DNA of 64,000 bases, taken from Minisyncoccota bacterium. GTDB taxonomy: Bacteria; Patescibacteriota; Minisyncoccia; Phycocordibacterales; UBA9973. The notes under the pieces are model-generated. The model had not been told where the DNA came from and made no database searches. It saw only the letters and a list, made by a program, of their open reading frames with translations. Positions 19,204-28,792 of this stretch are shown piece by piece; position 1 is the first letter of the stretch, and each line of letters starts with the position of its first letter. The translations under genes and the position numbers were made by a program. The stretch is from assembly GCA_041661005.1 (NCBI GenBank), contig JBAZVG010000001.1, positions 607,515 to 671,514 of the forward strand, read 5' to 3'.

Positions 19204-19629
19204 ATGCCAAAAGTATTTACCTCAGAAACACAAAAGATAGGAGAAATAGGTGAAAATATAGCCGTAAAGTTTCTCATGAAACGTGGTTTTTCTATACTGG
19301 ATCGTAATTACACGAAGAAATGGGGAGAAATAGACATAATAGCCGAGAAATCAAATAAACTCTATTTCATCGAGGTTAAGAGTGTTTCTCGTGAAACACT
19401 AAATACTTTTATTCCAAAATCTTTTAGTGACTCTGATGAAAGATATGAACATAGACCAGAAGATAACATGCATCCGTGGAAATTAAAAAGAATGGCGCGA
19501 ACAATCCAAACTTATATTTTATCTAAAAATCTAGATGAAAGAGAATGGCAAGTAGATTTGTTGGTTGTTTATTTATGTAAAAAAGAAAAGATGGCAAGAG
19601 TAAAAGTAGTAAGTGATATTATTTTATAA
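19204..19629 (+). CDS. YraN-family (UPF0102) endonuclease
   Basis: GEIGE.IA..FL, RNY..KWGEIDII, FIEVK. Confidence 0.9.
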   Translation: MPKVFTSETQKIGEIGENIAVKFLMKRGFSILDRNYTKKWGEIDIIAEKSNKLYFIEVKSVSRETLNTFIPKSFSDSDERYEHRPEDNMHPWKLKRMARTIQTYILSKNLDEREWQVDLLVVYLCKKEKMARVKVVSDIIL

Positions 19630-19651
19630 AGACATTTTTAGCGATAATTTG

Positions 19652-19725
19652 TGGTGCGGGATAGGAGAATCGAACTCCTGTCCACAGTTTGGAAAACTGT
19701 TATTTTACCATTAAACTAATCCCGC
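19652..19725 (-). tRNA. tRNA-Gly(TCC)
   Basis: GCGGGAT acceptor stem, ACAGT-TTTCCAA-ACTGT, encoded CCA. Confidence 0.92.
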
Positions 19726-19729
19726 AATG

Positions 19730-19800
19730 TCGGGCCGCTGGGAATTGAACCCAGTCTAAATGCTCCCAAAGCACTTGTACTACCGGTATACTACGGCCCG
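19730..19800 (-). tRNA. tRNA-Pro(TGG)
   Basis: CGGGCCG acceptor stem, loop TTTGGGA, GGTTCAATTCC. Confidence 0.92.
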
Positions 19801-19901
19801 TAATTTCTTTAACTGTGCCAGTTTAACACAAAAATTTTTTAAATTCTACCTAATTCAATTCTCCTAAAAACTATTTTTATACAGTCTATTTCTCTTTCGT
19901 C

Positions 19902-21170
19902 CTATTTAGCCCAACTCCAATCAGCTCCAGGATTTTTAGCGCCGAAAATTTCAAAGTGAATGTGGGGGCCAGTTGATTTGCCCGTAGAACCCACAAGACC
20001 GACAACATCTCCTCGGTCAACTTGTGCGCCAGTGTGAGTTATGACTTTGCTCATGTGAGCATACAAGGTTTTTGTGCCGTTTGAATGTTGAATTATCACC
20101 ATATTTCCATAACCTCCACCACAACGTGTCTGACCAACCTTACAGCCTGTCTTGACTGCTGTTACGATTCCTGGAGCAGATGCATAAATATTGGTACCAG
20201 TTGGAGCTCCAATATCTATACCTCTTCTGCCCGGACCATGAAGACCTTGAGTTTTGTGGCCAGTTGGAAGGGGATTAATAAAATATCCTATTATATTTTT
20301 CAATGAGCTAGTAGCATAGTAGTTTTTATCCTTGATTTCATTAGCTTTTAGGTTTGGCGATGGAATATCACCTCCTTCATCGGCCATATTGCCATTTGGA
20401 ATCATCAGTTTGTCTCCGATTGCAAGTTTGGTGGCTTCGTTGATGTCGTTGTAAAAAGTAATATCGTCCACATCCACCTTATACAATTTGGCTATGCTCT
20501 GTATTGTCTGCCCCTTAGTAACCGTATGTTCAATACCAGAAATGGGTAAGATGAAGAGCACATCACCCTCGATAATCTTGTCGCTTTTCTTCATATCGTT
20601 GGCCCAGAGGATGGTATTCACTGAAACTTCGAACATATCGGCTATGGCGGATATGGAATCTCCTTTTCTTACAACATAAACACTGGTTTCCATGGCAGAA
20701 GGATCCACAACATCTTTTCCACTGTAGACTCCCATGGGGCCGGTGGCTGGTAAAAGAGCATTGTTAGAGACAATGTTATCTGCGTTATCTACATCAACAA
20801 TGCCTCCTTTGTCTTTTTGGCTAACATCTTTTAATTTTTTATCTTCATAGACTGAAGCAGAAGAGATATTGGCCTGAAGAAGCGCTATGGTTCCAGAAGT
20901 TTGACTAAACTGAGTCGGATCAACAGTTGCCGTCTTCGCGCTGGCATTGTCACCCAAGATTGAAGACAAAAACCCGGCTTGAGCTCTTGTAGGCATAGAG
21001 GGCAACAAAACAACCCCAAACAATAGGGTAAGAGCGAAAATAGAGCTGTATATTTTAAATGAGTGTTTTATAAAACAAACGAATATCGTAAGAGTTCCTT
21101 CCCAGCCCTCGATTAAACATTGTAAAATAAGGGTGGAATTACAGGACGACCAGAATAGTACTGCAAACAA
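19902..21170 (-). CDS. LysM/M23 peptidoglycan endopeptidase
   Basis: Two LysM repeats (YVVRKGDS, HTVTKGQT), GYGN, HIHF; true start probably downstream of the ORF start. Confidence 0.9.
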   Translation of the reverse strand: MFAVLFWSSCNSTLILQCLIEGWEGTLTIFVCFIKHSFKIYSSIFALTLLFGVVLLPSMPTRAQAGFLSSILGDNASAKTATVDPTQFSQTSGTIALLQANISSASVYEDKKLKDVSQKDKGGIVDVDNADNIVSNNALLPATGPMGVYSGKDVVDPSAMETSVYVVRKGDSISAIADMFEVSVNTILWANDMKKSDKIIEGDVLFILPISGIEHTVTKGQTIQSIAKLYKVDVDDITFYNDINEATKLAIGDKLMIPNGNMADEGGDIPSPNLKANEIKDKNYYATSSLKNIIGYFINPLPTGHKTQGLHGPGRRGIDIGAPTGTNIYASAPGIVTAVKTGCKVGQTRCGGGYGNMVIIQHSNGTKTLYAHMSKVITHTGAQVDRGDVVGLVGSTGKSTGPHIHFEIFGAKNPGADWSWAK

Positions 21171-21325
21171 AAGGTTCTCACGATGGTTACTATCACTTCT
21201 AGCTTTCGGTCAATTTATGCCATGCCTCTCTTCAGAACTATACCTTCAAAGTACCTCAAAAAAATACTAAAGTCAACGATGGTGTGGATAACTTTAGAAA
21301 CTAAAGTTTGTGTTATATTTCAAGT

Positions 21326-23527
21326 GTGACCACAGACACACAACATTTTTTTGGACTAAACAATAAACAAAAAGAAGCGGCGATGCACATAAGCGGTCCG
21401 CTTCTTATTATTGCAGGGGCGGGTGCGGGAAAAACTAAAACAATAACGCATAGAATTGTGAATTTGATAAAAAACGGAGTCGCCCCAGAGAGAATTTTAG
21501 CGGTTACGTTCACAAATAAAGCAGCAAAGGAAATGCGGGAACGGATTATCGCTGAAATTAAGAAAAATTCCCACGAAGCAGGGGGCCAAGAAAAAACCCC
21601 ATTCGTCAGCACGTTTCATTCATTGGGGGTCTATATCATAAAAGAAAATGCCAGATTGCTGGGATTAACCAAGCACTTTACGATTCTAGATGAAGGAGAC
21701 GCGACATCACTCATAAAAGAAATACTAAAGGAGTTAGGAATAGATCCGAAACAATATGATCCAAAAAAAATAAAAAATATAATATCTCGCGAAAAAGGAA
21801 AATTCACACATTTGTCAGACTATGCAGAGAGGGAAAGGGGAACATATGGTTTGATGGTAACGCAAGTTTGGGGTTTATATGAAAAACAAAAAATGAAAGA
21901 AAATTCGCTAGACTTCGATGATCTGCTTTTAAAGGCGACGAAATTGTTAAAGGACAATCTGGAAATAAGGAAAATTTATCAGGAGAAATGGGAATATATT
22001 CATATCGATGAATATCAAGACACAAATGAGGTGCAGTATTTGATGTCTAAAATGTTAGCGGAAAATAATGAAAATATCTGCGTAGTTGGAGACGCAGACC
22101 AAAACATCTACTCCTGGCGCGGAGCAAATTTGAAAAACATTTTAAGTTTCGAGAAAGATTATCCGAGTACAAAGATAGTTTTATTAGAAGAGAATTACAG
22201 ATCAACTCAAAACATCTTGGAGGCGGCCAATGTGGTAATTAAAAAAAACAAATACAGGCCAGACAAGAATTTATTCACAAAAAACAAAACTGGCGAAAAA
22301 ATAGGCCTATATGAAGCACTCGATGAAAGCGATGAGTCTGATTTTGTCGCGACAAAAATTCTAGAGATTTTAGATGGCTCGCCTGCGAGAGAAATATCCT
22401 CGGACTCACCACGAAAATTTTCTGCTGAAAATTTTCTCTGTCCGTCGTCGCCACTCCTACCAAGGGTTCCCTCGAGGACATTTCTCTCTTCGGCTGATAA
22501 CGCAGTAAGTTTCCTTGAGCGGGGTGTCTCGCAGGCTGACGAGCCGAGAGGCAGCGCTCCGCGAGCGCGCGGAGACAGCGACCCCGCTGAGACAGCACCT
22601 GCTCCCTTGTCCGAAATCGCTATATTATATCGCGCTAATTTTCAGTCGCGGGCGCTAGAAGAAGCAATGCTGAAATACAATATCCCATATCAAGTTTTGG
22701 GCGTTAAATTTTTCGAAAGACGTGAAATAAAAGACACCTTGGCATATCTTCGCGCAGCGCTAAACCCCGACAGTTTGTCGGACATAAAACGAATAATTAA
22801 TTTCCCTGCGCGAGGTATCGGCAAGGTTACTTTGGCTAAAATTTTTGCCGGACAAAAAGAAAACTTGCCAATTAAGGTAAAAATTAAAATAAATAATTTT
22901 TATAAAATATTAGAAGAAATAAAAGAAAAAATAGAAAGCGAAAAAGCAAGCAAAGCGATAAAATTTGTAGTAAAAAGGTCAGGCATCGAGACAGAACTCT
23001 CATCTGGCACCGAAGAAGATATGGAGAGGTTTGAAAACATAAAAGAACTCGCCACACTAGCGCTAAAATATGATAATCTGGAGAATGGTCTTGGTGTAGA
23101 AAAGCTTTTAGAAGACGCCTCACTCGCGTCAGATCAAGATTCACTGATTATCAGCGAACCCGCCTCCACCAAAGGCTTCGGCGAGGCAAAGGAAAAAAAG
23201 AAAGGAGAAAACTCTGTGAAATTAATGACCGTGCATGCTTCAAAAGGATTGGAGTTTAAGTATGTCTTTGTTGCCGGATTAGAGGATGGACTTTTCCCCA
23301 ACCAAAGACGCAACGAAGAAGTGGATAAGGATAGTGAAGAAGAGCGTAGACTTTTTTATGTGGCGATCACTCGCGCTAAAGAAAAATTATTCTTATCGTT
23401 CGCGAATTTCCGCACCATCTTCGGAGCGCGCAACATCAACGCTCCATCAGAATTTATATCGGACATACCAGCAGATTTATTGGAAAAAGAGGGAGAAAAA
23501 GATAGAATAAAGACAATTTATATATGA
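21326..23527 (+). CDS. pcrA: UvrD/PcrA helicase
   Basis: AGAGAGKT, TFTNKAA, DEYQD, YRANFQSR, TVHASKGLEF, EERRLFYVAITRA; ~85-aa repeat-derived insert; GTG start inferred. Confidence 0.95.
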   Translation: MTTDTQHFFGLNNKQKEAAMHISGPLLIIAGAGAGKTKTITHRIVNLIKNGVAPERILAVTFTNKAAKEMRERIIAEIKKNSHEAGGQEKTPFVSTFHSLGVYIIKENARLLGLTKHFTILDEGDATSLIKEILKELGIDPKQYDPKKIKNIISREKGKFTHLSDYAERERGTYGLMVTQVWGLYEKQKMKENSLDFDDLLLKATKLLKDNLEIRKIYQEKWEYIHIDEYQDTNEVQYLMSKMLAENNENICVVGDADQNIYSWRGANLKNILSFEKDYPSTKIVLLEENYRSTQNILEAANVVIKKNKYRPDKNLFTKNKTGEKIGLYEALDESDESDFVATKILEILDGSPAREISSDSPRKFSAENFLCPSSPLLPRVPSRTFLSSADNAVSFLERGVSQADEPRGSAPRARGDSDPAETAPAPLSEIAILYRANFQSRALEEAMLKYNIPYQVLGVKFFERREIKDTLAYLRAALNPDSLSDIKRIINFPARGIGKVTLAKIFAGQKENLPIKVKIKINNFYKILEEIKEKIESEKASKAIKFVVKRSGIETELSSGTEEDMERFENIKELATLALKYDNLENGLGVEKLLEDASLASDQDSLIISEPASTKGFGEAKEKKKGENSVKLMTVHASKGLEFKYVFVAGLEDGLFPNQRRNEEVDKDSEEERRLFYVAITRAKEKLFLSFANFRTIFGARNINAPSEFISDIPADLLEKEGEKDRIKTIYI
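22387..22488 (-). repeat. family C palindromic element, in frame within pcrA (reverse orientation)
   Basis: Reverse complement of GACGACGGACAGAGAAAATTTTCAGCAGAAAATTTTCGTGGTGAGTCCGAG, also found at 24011 and 56158. Confidence 0.9.
22518..22588 (+). repeat. family B palindromic element, in frame within pcrA
   Basis: GGGGTGTCTCGCAGGCTGACGAGCCGAGAGGCAGCGCTCCG..CGGAGACAGCGACCCC; two more copies in uvrB. Confidence 0.92.
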
Positions 23528-23647
23528 AACTCTTTCTTGGCATACTTTTTATAAAGCAATCTATCTCCGCAAGCTTGCGGAGCGAACTGCTCGGCTCGTC
23601 AGCCTGCGCAAGGCTTTCTAAAAAGTACGCCTGCAACGAATTTCATA
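23523..23647 (-). repeat. family A palindromic element, copy 3 (overlaps pcrA stop codon)
   Basis: Near-identical to 13511-13635 apart from the inner hairpin and outer IR. Confidence 0.9.
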
Positions 23648-23656
23648 ATTAAAAAT

Positions 23657-24727
23657 ATGATATATAAAGCTAAAAAATCGTTAGGACTAAAAAACGAACA
23701 CGTTTTCGTCCGAGCCAAAAAGGCTTTAGGACAAAATTTCCTGAAATCGGAAATGGCCTTGCGAAAAATTATTGAAGCGGGAGAAATAAAAAAAGATGAC
23801 ATAATCCTTGAAATAGGTCCGGGCAGGGGAGCGCTAACAAAAAAGCTTTTGGAAAAAGTTTACCCCGCCACGGCGGGGCAAGGATTTGTGATAGCAGTAG
23901 AAAAAGATTATGAACTTTTTGAATTTTTAAAAAATAAATTTGAAAGTGAAATAAAATTAGGTTCTCTCGTGCTGGTGCAAGATGACATACTGGATTTTGA
24001 TATAACAAAAGTTGGGCAAAATATTCTCGAGCGAACCCTTGGTAGCAGAAAATGTGCTGGGGGCACATTTCTGAGAGACGACGGACAGAGAAAATTTTCA
24101 GCAGAAAATTTTCGTGGTGAGTCCGAGAATATTTTGCCCAATTTAAAACGCTACAAAATAATCGCCAACATCCCTTACAACATCACCGGCGCGATTTTGA
24201 AAAAATTTTTGACAGACAAACATCAGCCCGAAAGCATGGTGCTGATGGTGCAACATGAAGTTGCGACAAGAATACTCGGAAGGGGAAGCAACCCTTCGAC
24301 TCCGCTCAGGGTAAAAGAAAGCATACTTTCCATTTCGGTCAAAGCATACGGAGCTCCAAAAATGATTGCGAAGGTTGATAAAAGATATTTTTCACCAATG
24401 CCAAAGGTAAATTCAGCGATTATTTCCATAAAAAATATTTCACGCAAGAATTTTAATTCTCCTCTTGAGGAGTACTCCGACTTGGAGTCGGAGGGAGGTG
24501 GACCGAATTTATCCACCCCGTCTCGCCAGCGAGCCACCCCTCAAGAGGGGAATTTTGAAGAAAAATTTTGGGAAATAGTTAAGGCAGGCTTTGCGCACAA
24601 GCGAAAAAAGCTTTCTAGCAACCTGAAAAACATTTGTCAAAGGGCATCTTTGACAAGTTTGGGGAATAAAAGAGCGGAAGATTTGTCGCTAAAGGATTGG
24701 ATTGAACTTGCGAAATCACAAAACTAG
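23657..24727 (+). CDS. rsmA: 16S rRNA dimethyladenosine transferase KsgA
   Basis: LGQNFL, LEIGPGRGALT, ANIPYNIT, MVQ.EVA.R, F.P.PKVNS; four repeat-derived inserts. Confidence 0.93.
   Translation: MIYKAKKSLGLKNEHVFVRAKKALGQNFLKSEMALRKIIEAGEIKKDDIILEIGPGRGALTKKLLEKVYPATAGQGFVIAVEKDYELFEFLKNKFESEIKLGSLVLVQDDILDFDITKVGQNILERTLGSRKCAGGTFLRDDGQRKFSAENFRGESENILPNLKRYKIIANIPYNITGAILKKFLTDKHQPESMVLMVQHEVATRILGRGSNPSTPLRVKESILSISVKAYGAPKMIAKVDKRYFSPMPKVNSAIISIKNISRKNFNSPLEEYSDLESEGGGPNLSTPSRQRATPQEGNFEEKFWEIVKAGFAHKRKKLSSNLKNICQRASLTSLGNKRAEDLSLKDWIELAKSQN
24011..24142 (+). repeat. family C element, in frame within rsmA (132 nt)
   Basis: Closing IR TTGGGCAAAATATTCTCG/CGAGAATATTTTGCCCAA. Confidence 0.9.
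24455..24554 (+). repeat. family E multi-hairpin element, in frame within rsmA
   Basis: TTCTCCTCTTGAGGAGTAC...GCCACCCCTCAAGAGGGGAA; copies at 31724, 40780 and 48986. Confidence 0.9.
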
Positions 24728-24755
24728 ACCTTCCAATTTTGTCGATTAATTACAA

Positions 24756-25757
24756 TTAGGTCGGAAGAAGAGGAGAAGAACCAACCATTGGGAGAATGGT
24801 GCCTTCGGTCTTTATGTTAACAATGCTATATGAACAAACACCGACTGGTTCATAGAATCCAAGTAGAGATTTGGAAGTAGGAGAAGCAATATTGTAACTT
24901 GCAAACCCTTGAGTTCCTTGATAATAACTGAGAAGTTTTACTCCCTTGGGAGGTAGGGGTAGCATAACTATCATAAAACTACCCATACAGGGAATAGCTA
25001 ATGCGTACGAACTACCAAATGCAAAAAACTCTGTTTGAGCTTGAGCGATAGAAGGAGTAATGCCCAACAAAGAAAGAGTTTTAGAAACAAATTTATCAAA
25101 AATAGCCAGAGGTGATTTAGGTTTAAAGTTGGTGCTTAATTTTGCTTCCTGCATGAGTAAATTTTCAAATTCTTGATTTAAGTCAACATCACTATTGGTA
25201 ACAACGTCCCTCACAGTGTCAGCCATGAGCTGGAGTTCCGTTTCCGAGGAACCATTTTTTCTATTTACTTCAACAATTGTTTCAATAGCTTGATCTAAAT
25301 TTGCAAGATTGGGGTTTACATTTTCTGTATTATTACTGTTAGTTGCTGAAACACTGTTTACAAGGGGAGCTGGCGCTAGAGGATTTGAATAACTATCGCA
25401 TTTAATACCAGTTATTGGACTGTATCCTGTTATTCCCTTACAACCTGTCGGATAATTACCTTTATCAACTAAAACACCATTGAGCGCCGAAAGAGTAAGA
25501 TGACCGACTATTCCATCAGCCACCAACCCATTATTTAACTGAAAAGCCTTGACTGCCACATTAGTTAAGGGTCCAAAACTGCCATCCGCAACCGCCCCTA
25601 CTTTTTTCTGAAGACATTTCACTTCAGCGCCCCTCGAACCCATCCTCAATGTGGTAACAATAATACAATCAACTGAAATCGGAGCTATCTCAACAGCAAG
25701 AATTGCTTGCGCAGAGGAGAAAAGAATAAAAAGAATAAATAAATAAAATAATCTCAT
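24756..25757 (-). CDS. secreted peptidoglycan-binding domain protein
   Basis: Signal peptide; LRMGSRG..V..LQ, DGSFGPLT..AVKAFQ...GLVADGIVG. Confidence 0.85.
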   Translation of the reverse strand: MRLFYLFILFILFSSAQAILAVEIAPISVDCIIVTTLRMGSRGAEVKCLQKKVGAVADGSFGPLTNVAVKAFQLNNGLVADGIVGHLTLSALNGVLVDKGNYPTGCKGITGYSPITGIKCDSYSNPLAPAPLVNSVSATNSNNTENVNPNLANLDQAIETIVEVNRKNGSSETELQLMADTVRDVVTNSDVDLNQEFENLLMQEAKLSTNFKPKSPLAIFDKFVSKTLSLLGITPSIAQAQTEFFAFGSSYALAIPCMGSFMIVMLPLPPKGVKLLSYYQGTQGFASYNIASPTSKSLLGFYEPVGVCSYSIVNIKTEGTILPMVGSSPLLPT

Positions 25758-25852
25758 TAGAAATAATCATAACACAATCACAAAACTGAGCATAGGTCGC
25801 ATTGCACCAAAGTAAAACTAGTTTCTTTTTTGAAAAGTGTTACAATTAACTC

Positions 25853-26788
25853 ATAATCAAAAAGTTTATTTTAAAAAATAAAAGAATATTTCTAATCGCC
25901 CTTGCGATACTTTTTCTGGTCGCGCTTTTTATCTTTAAAACAACTTCAATATTTGACAATACGGAAAGATACTTGGGCGTCAATCAAGAAAATGGCTTAA
26001 GTTATAGTGGCAGTATTACGGTGGAGGACTCGGTGAACAAAGATACCGATGGTGACGGAATACTGGATTGGGAGGAAGGCCTGTGGGGAACCGATCCAAC
26101 TAAAAAAGAAACCACCCCGGGGACGAGAGATGCTGTCGCAATAGAAAATTTAAAAAAACAAACAGGCAAAGGTGTTGATCCAGAGATTTTGTCGGGAAAT
26201 GAAGAAAAATTGACGGAAACCGATAAATTCTCCAGAGAACTTTTTGCGACCATGGCCACCATCAACCAAAATGGAGTTGTCGATCAAACCACGATAGACA
26301 CTTTGAGCACTTCTTTGGCTGAAAAGATAAAAAATCCCGTAGTCAGAAAAGTTTTTTCGATTTCCGATATAAAAACAATAAACGACGACAGTTTTCAAGC
26401 TTTCACAAATTATAACAATGCTTTAAACAGCACCTTCGCAAAATACAAAGTTGGATACACCGTTGCAGATGTGTTACAGCAATTTGTAACCGATGAAAAC
26501 ACCGTTGACGCGAGCGCGCTCTTAAAACTCGGCCCGATTATAGGACAAATAAACACAATAATAGGGGGGATGACGGGAATGAATACGCCACAATCTATTT
26601 CAACTCTACATTTGAACATGATAAATTCGCTTCAACGATTGATAGAAAATTTAAGTGATATGAGGCTATATGATACGGATCCAATTGTGGCTATGGGCGC
26701 CATCAGCCAATACGACAAAAATAGCACCCTGTTAAAAACTGCCACCAAAAATCTTTTGAGCGCAATTGAACAAAAATTGAACAATTAA
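25853..26788 (+). CDS. membrane-anchored protein with DxDGDG (TSP3-like) motif
   Basis: DTDGDGILDWEE..WGTDP; frame is open upstream to ATA 25853 and encodes a TM helix; start uncertain. Confidence 0.75.
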   Translation: MIKKFILKNKRIFLIALAILFLVALFIFKTTSIFDNTERYLGVNQENGLSYSGSITVEDSVNKDTDGDGILDWEEGLWGTDPTKKETTPGTRDAVAIENLKKQTGKGVDPEILSGNEEKLTETDKFSRELFATMATINQNGVVDQTTIDTLSTSLAEKIKNPVVRKVFSISDIKTINDDSFQAFTNYNNALNSTFAKYKVGYTVADVLQQFVTDENTVDASALLKLGPIIGQINTIIGGMTGMNTPQSISTLHLNMINSLQRLIENLSDMRLYDTDPIVAMGAISQYDKNSTLLKTATKNLLSAIEQKLNN

Positions 26789-26796
26789 AATGGAAA

Positions 26797-28776
26797 TTGT
26801 ATAATAATATAAACAAAAAAATGATAGCCAAAGATAAAACAACGAAACTCATATCCGCTTCCTTGATTGTTTCGATGTTACTGCCTGCAGTTTTACTTCT
26901 AAACCCAAAACAAGCAGAAGCTGCGCTTCCGATCGGTGTGCCGGTGAACGATGTTGTAGCTCAAGCAACTCTCCTCGACATTGCAGGAAACACAACGATC
27001 AGTTCTGCAACCGATACCAAAAGCTGGGCACAAAAGCTTCTTGAACTGCTACTCATGGTGGCCGCTAAAAGGTTTCTGGCTCAAATGACCCAAGCGACTG
27101 TAAACTGGATAAATTCCGGTTTCCACGGAGCGCCACTTTTCATTGAAAACCCCGGATCTTTCTTTAAAGATATATCCAAATCTGAACTTAGAAGTTTGAT
27201 TGATATGATCGGCTACGACACTCTCCGGTTTCCTTTCGGCAAGGATATTGCGCTCCAAGTCATAGCGAGCTATAAAAGCCAGCTCGAAACCAACGCGCAA
27301 TACACCCTAAGCAAGGTTATTTACGATCCAGACCTCTTGGTCCGTTACAGAAACGATTTCAACATAGGCGGGTGGAACGGATTTTTGATAAATACGCAAT
27401 ATCCACAAAATAATTACCTGGGATTCAATATGATAATACAGCAAAACCTAGCAAGCAGACTGGAAGGGACATTGATGGCGCCAGCGCAACAAGTAAAAGA
27501 CATTTTGCAACAAGGAATGGGATTTTTGTCTCCGCAGACTTGTCCAAGTAATCCAAAATATAATAATGGCACAAACGAATTTCTAAAACCAAGCTTCAAG
27601 TCCACAGTAGAATATGTTCCACCATCTCCTGAACCTGCAGATACATACTTGGAACGAGATCGCGCAGCCAGAGCCGCATATCAGAACAACAAGAATGTTG
27701 AAAAGGCAAAATACATGGAAGAAAACACATGTCCAGGTGGTTTAGTTTCCACCACCCCCGGCTCAGTGGCGGCAAATCAAATATTTAACGCGCTTGATAC
27801 TCCCAGAGAATCAACCACCCTCGCTGGAGCATTGGGTAATAGTGTGGTGGACAGCGTCGCCGCTATTTTTGACGCACTGATAGGAAAACTTTTTAGCACC
27901 GGCTTGAATGCATTATCCAGCACAATAAATCCCGAGCCTTCTGTAGACAACTGGAGCTACAATGGCCAGACCCTCGACGGTGGTTACAATTACAACACAA
28001 CTACTGCTGGAACTCTGAATATCCCACAAAATGTTTCAGTCAGAGTCGGAGAATCGACCAGCACCGCCATATCCGGAGGCACAGCCCCTTATGTCATAAT
28101 CAACAAAACTCAGCCTTATTTGTTAGAACCAAAATTGGATGCAACAGTAACGAATGCTCAAATTACTGGCGCTACCCTCCGAGTAACTGGTGTCGGATCG
28201 GGACAGACTGTAGCCATGATCAGAGATTCATCTTTCCCGAACAAAATTGTTCGCGTAAAAATCACAGTAAATGCCGTCGGAGCGCTAGCGGCCTTCCCAG
28301 CGAGTATCTCGACTGGCATCAACGAACCGACTACCGCAATCATAAATGGTGGCGAAGGACCTTATTTTGTCAGAATAGAGCCTGACAATTCGATAGCCGT
28401 GGCAAATTTTGCTGATGGAAATTTGATCATAACCGGTCTCAAAAAAGGCGACACCTTTATTGAAATCGAAGATTCATCTTCGGGAACCAAGAAAACCGTC
28501 CGCATCCCTATTGTGATCAACGGCCCCGAAGATCTAGTCATTCAACAAAACGTCCTAGCCAATGTCGGCGAAGAGGTAAGCATACCGATATCGGGAGGTA
28601 TGGCTCCTTATGCCGTTACGAACCAGCAGGATGTGAGAGTGGCAAACGCGCAAATATTGCCTGCTACTCCGAACACCCTCACAATCAATGGCATCTTGAA
28701 AGGTCAAACAGAAATCCGAGTGGAAGATTCTTCAACGCCAAAGAAGGCTGTGATCGTCAGCGTTACAGTAAATTGA
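26797..28776 (+). CDS. large secreted protein with C-terminal Ig-like repeats
   Basis: Signal peptide; three ISGG.APY...G.T...I.DSS repeats. Confidence 0.75.
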   Translation: MYNNINKKMIAKDKTTKLISASLIVSMLLPAVLLLNPKQAEAALPIGVPVNDVVAQATLLDIAGNTTISSATDTKSWAQKLLELLLMVAAKRFLAQMTQATVNWINSGFHGAPLFIENPGSFFKDISKSELRSLIDMIGYDTLRFPFGKDIALQVIASYKSQLETNAQYTLSKVIYDPDLLVRYRNDFNIGGWNGFLINTQYPQNNYLGFNMIIQQNLASRLEGTLMAPAQQVKDILQQGMGFLSPQTCPSNPKYNNGTNEFLKPSFKSTVEYVPPSPEPADTYLERDRAARAAYQNNKNVEKAKYMEENTCPGGLVSTTPGSVAANQIFNALDTPRESTTLAGALGNSVVDSVAAIFDALIGKLFSTGLNALSSTINPEPSVDNWSYNGQTLDGGYNYNTTTAGTLNIPQNVSVRVGESTSTAISGGTAPYVIINKTQPYLLEPKLDATVTNAQITGATLRVTGVGSGQTVAMIRDSSFPNKIVRVKITVNAVGALAAFPASISTGINEPTTAIINGGEGPYFVRIEPDNSIAVANFADGNLIITGLKKGDTFIEIEDSSSGTKKTVRIPIVINGPEDLVIQQNVLANVGEEVSIPISGGMAPYAVTNQQDVRVANAQILPATPNTLTINGILKGQTEIRVEDSSTPKKAVIVSVTVN

Positions 28777-28792
28777 GAAGTTAGAAAGTAAA

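Larger units (their letters stand above)
18302..19398. promoter_or_regulatory. parS site cluster (about 7 sites)
   Basis: Perfect TGTTTCACGTGAAACA at 19175-19190; 1-mismatch sites at 18329 and 19383; degenerate sites at 18302, 18356, 18575 and 19268. Confidence 0.85.

Noticed and set aside
22387-22588. Inteins in PcrA, UvrB or PolA
   Set aside because: Inserts are far too short, lack C/S...HN termini and occur in both DNA orientations.
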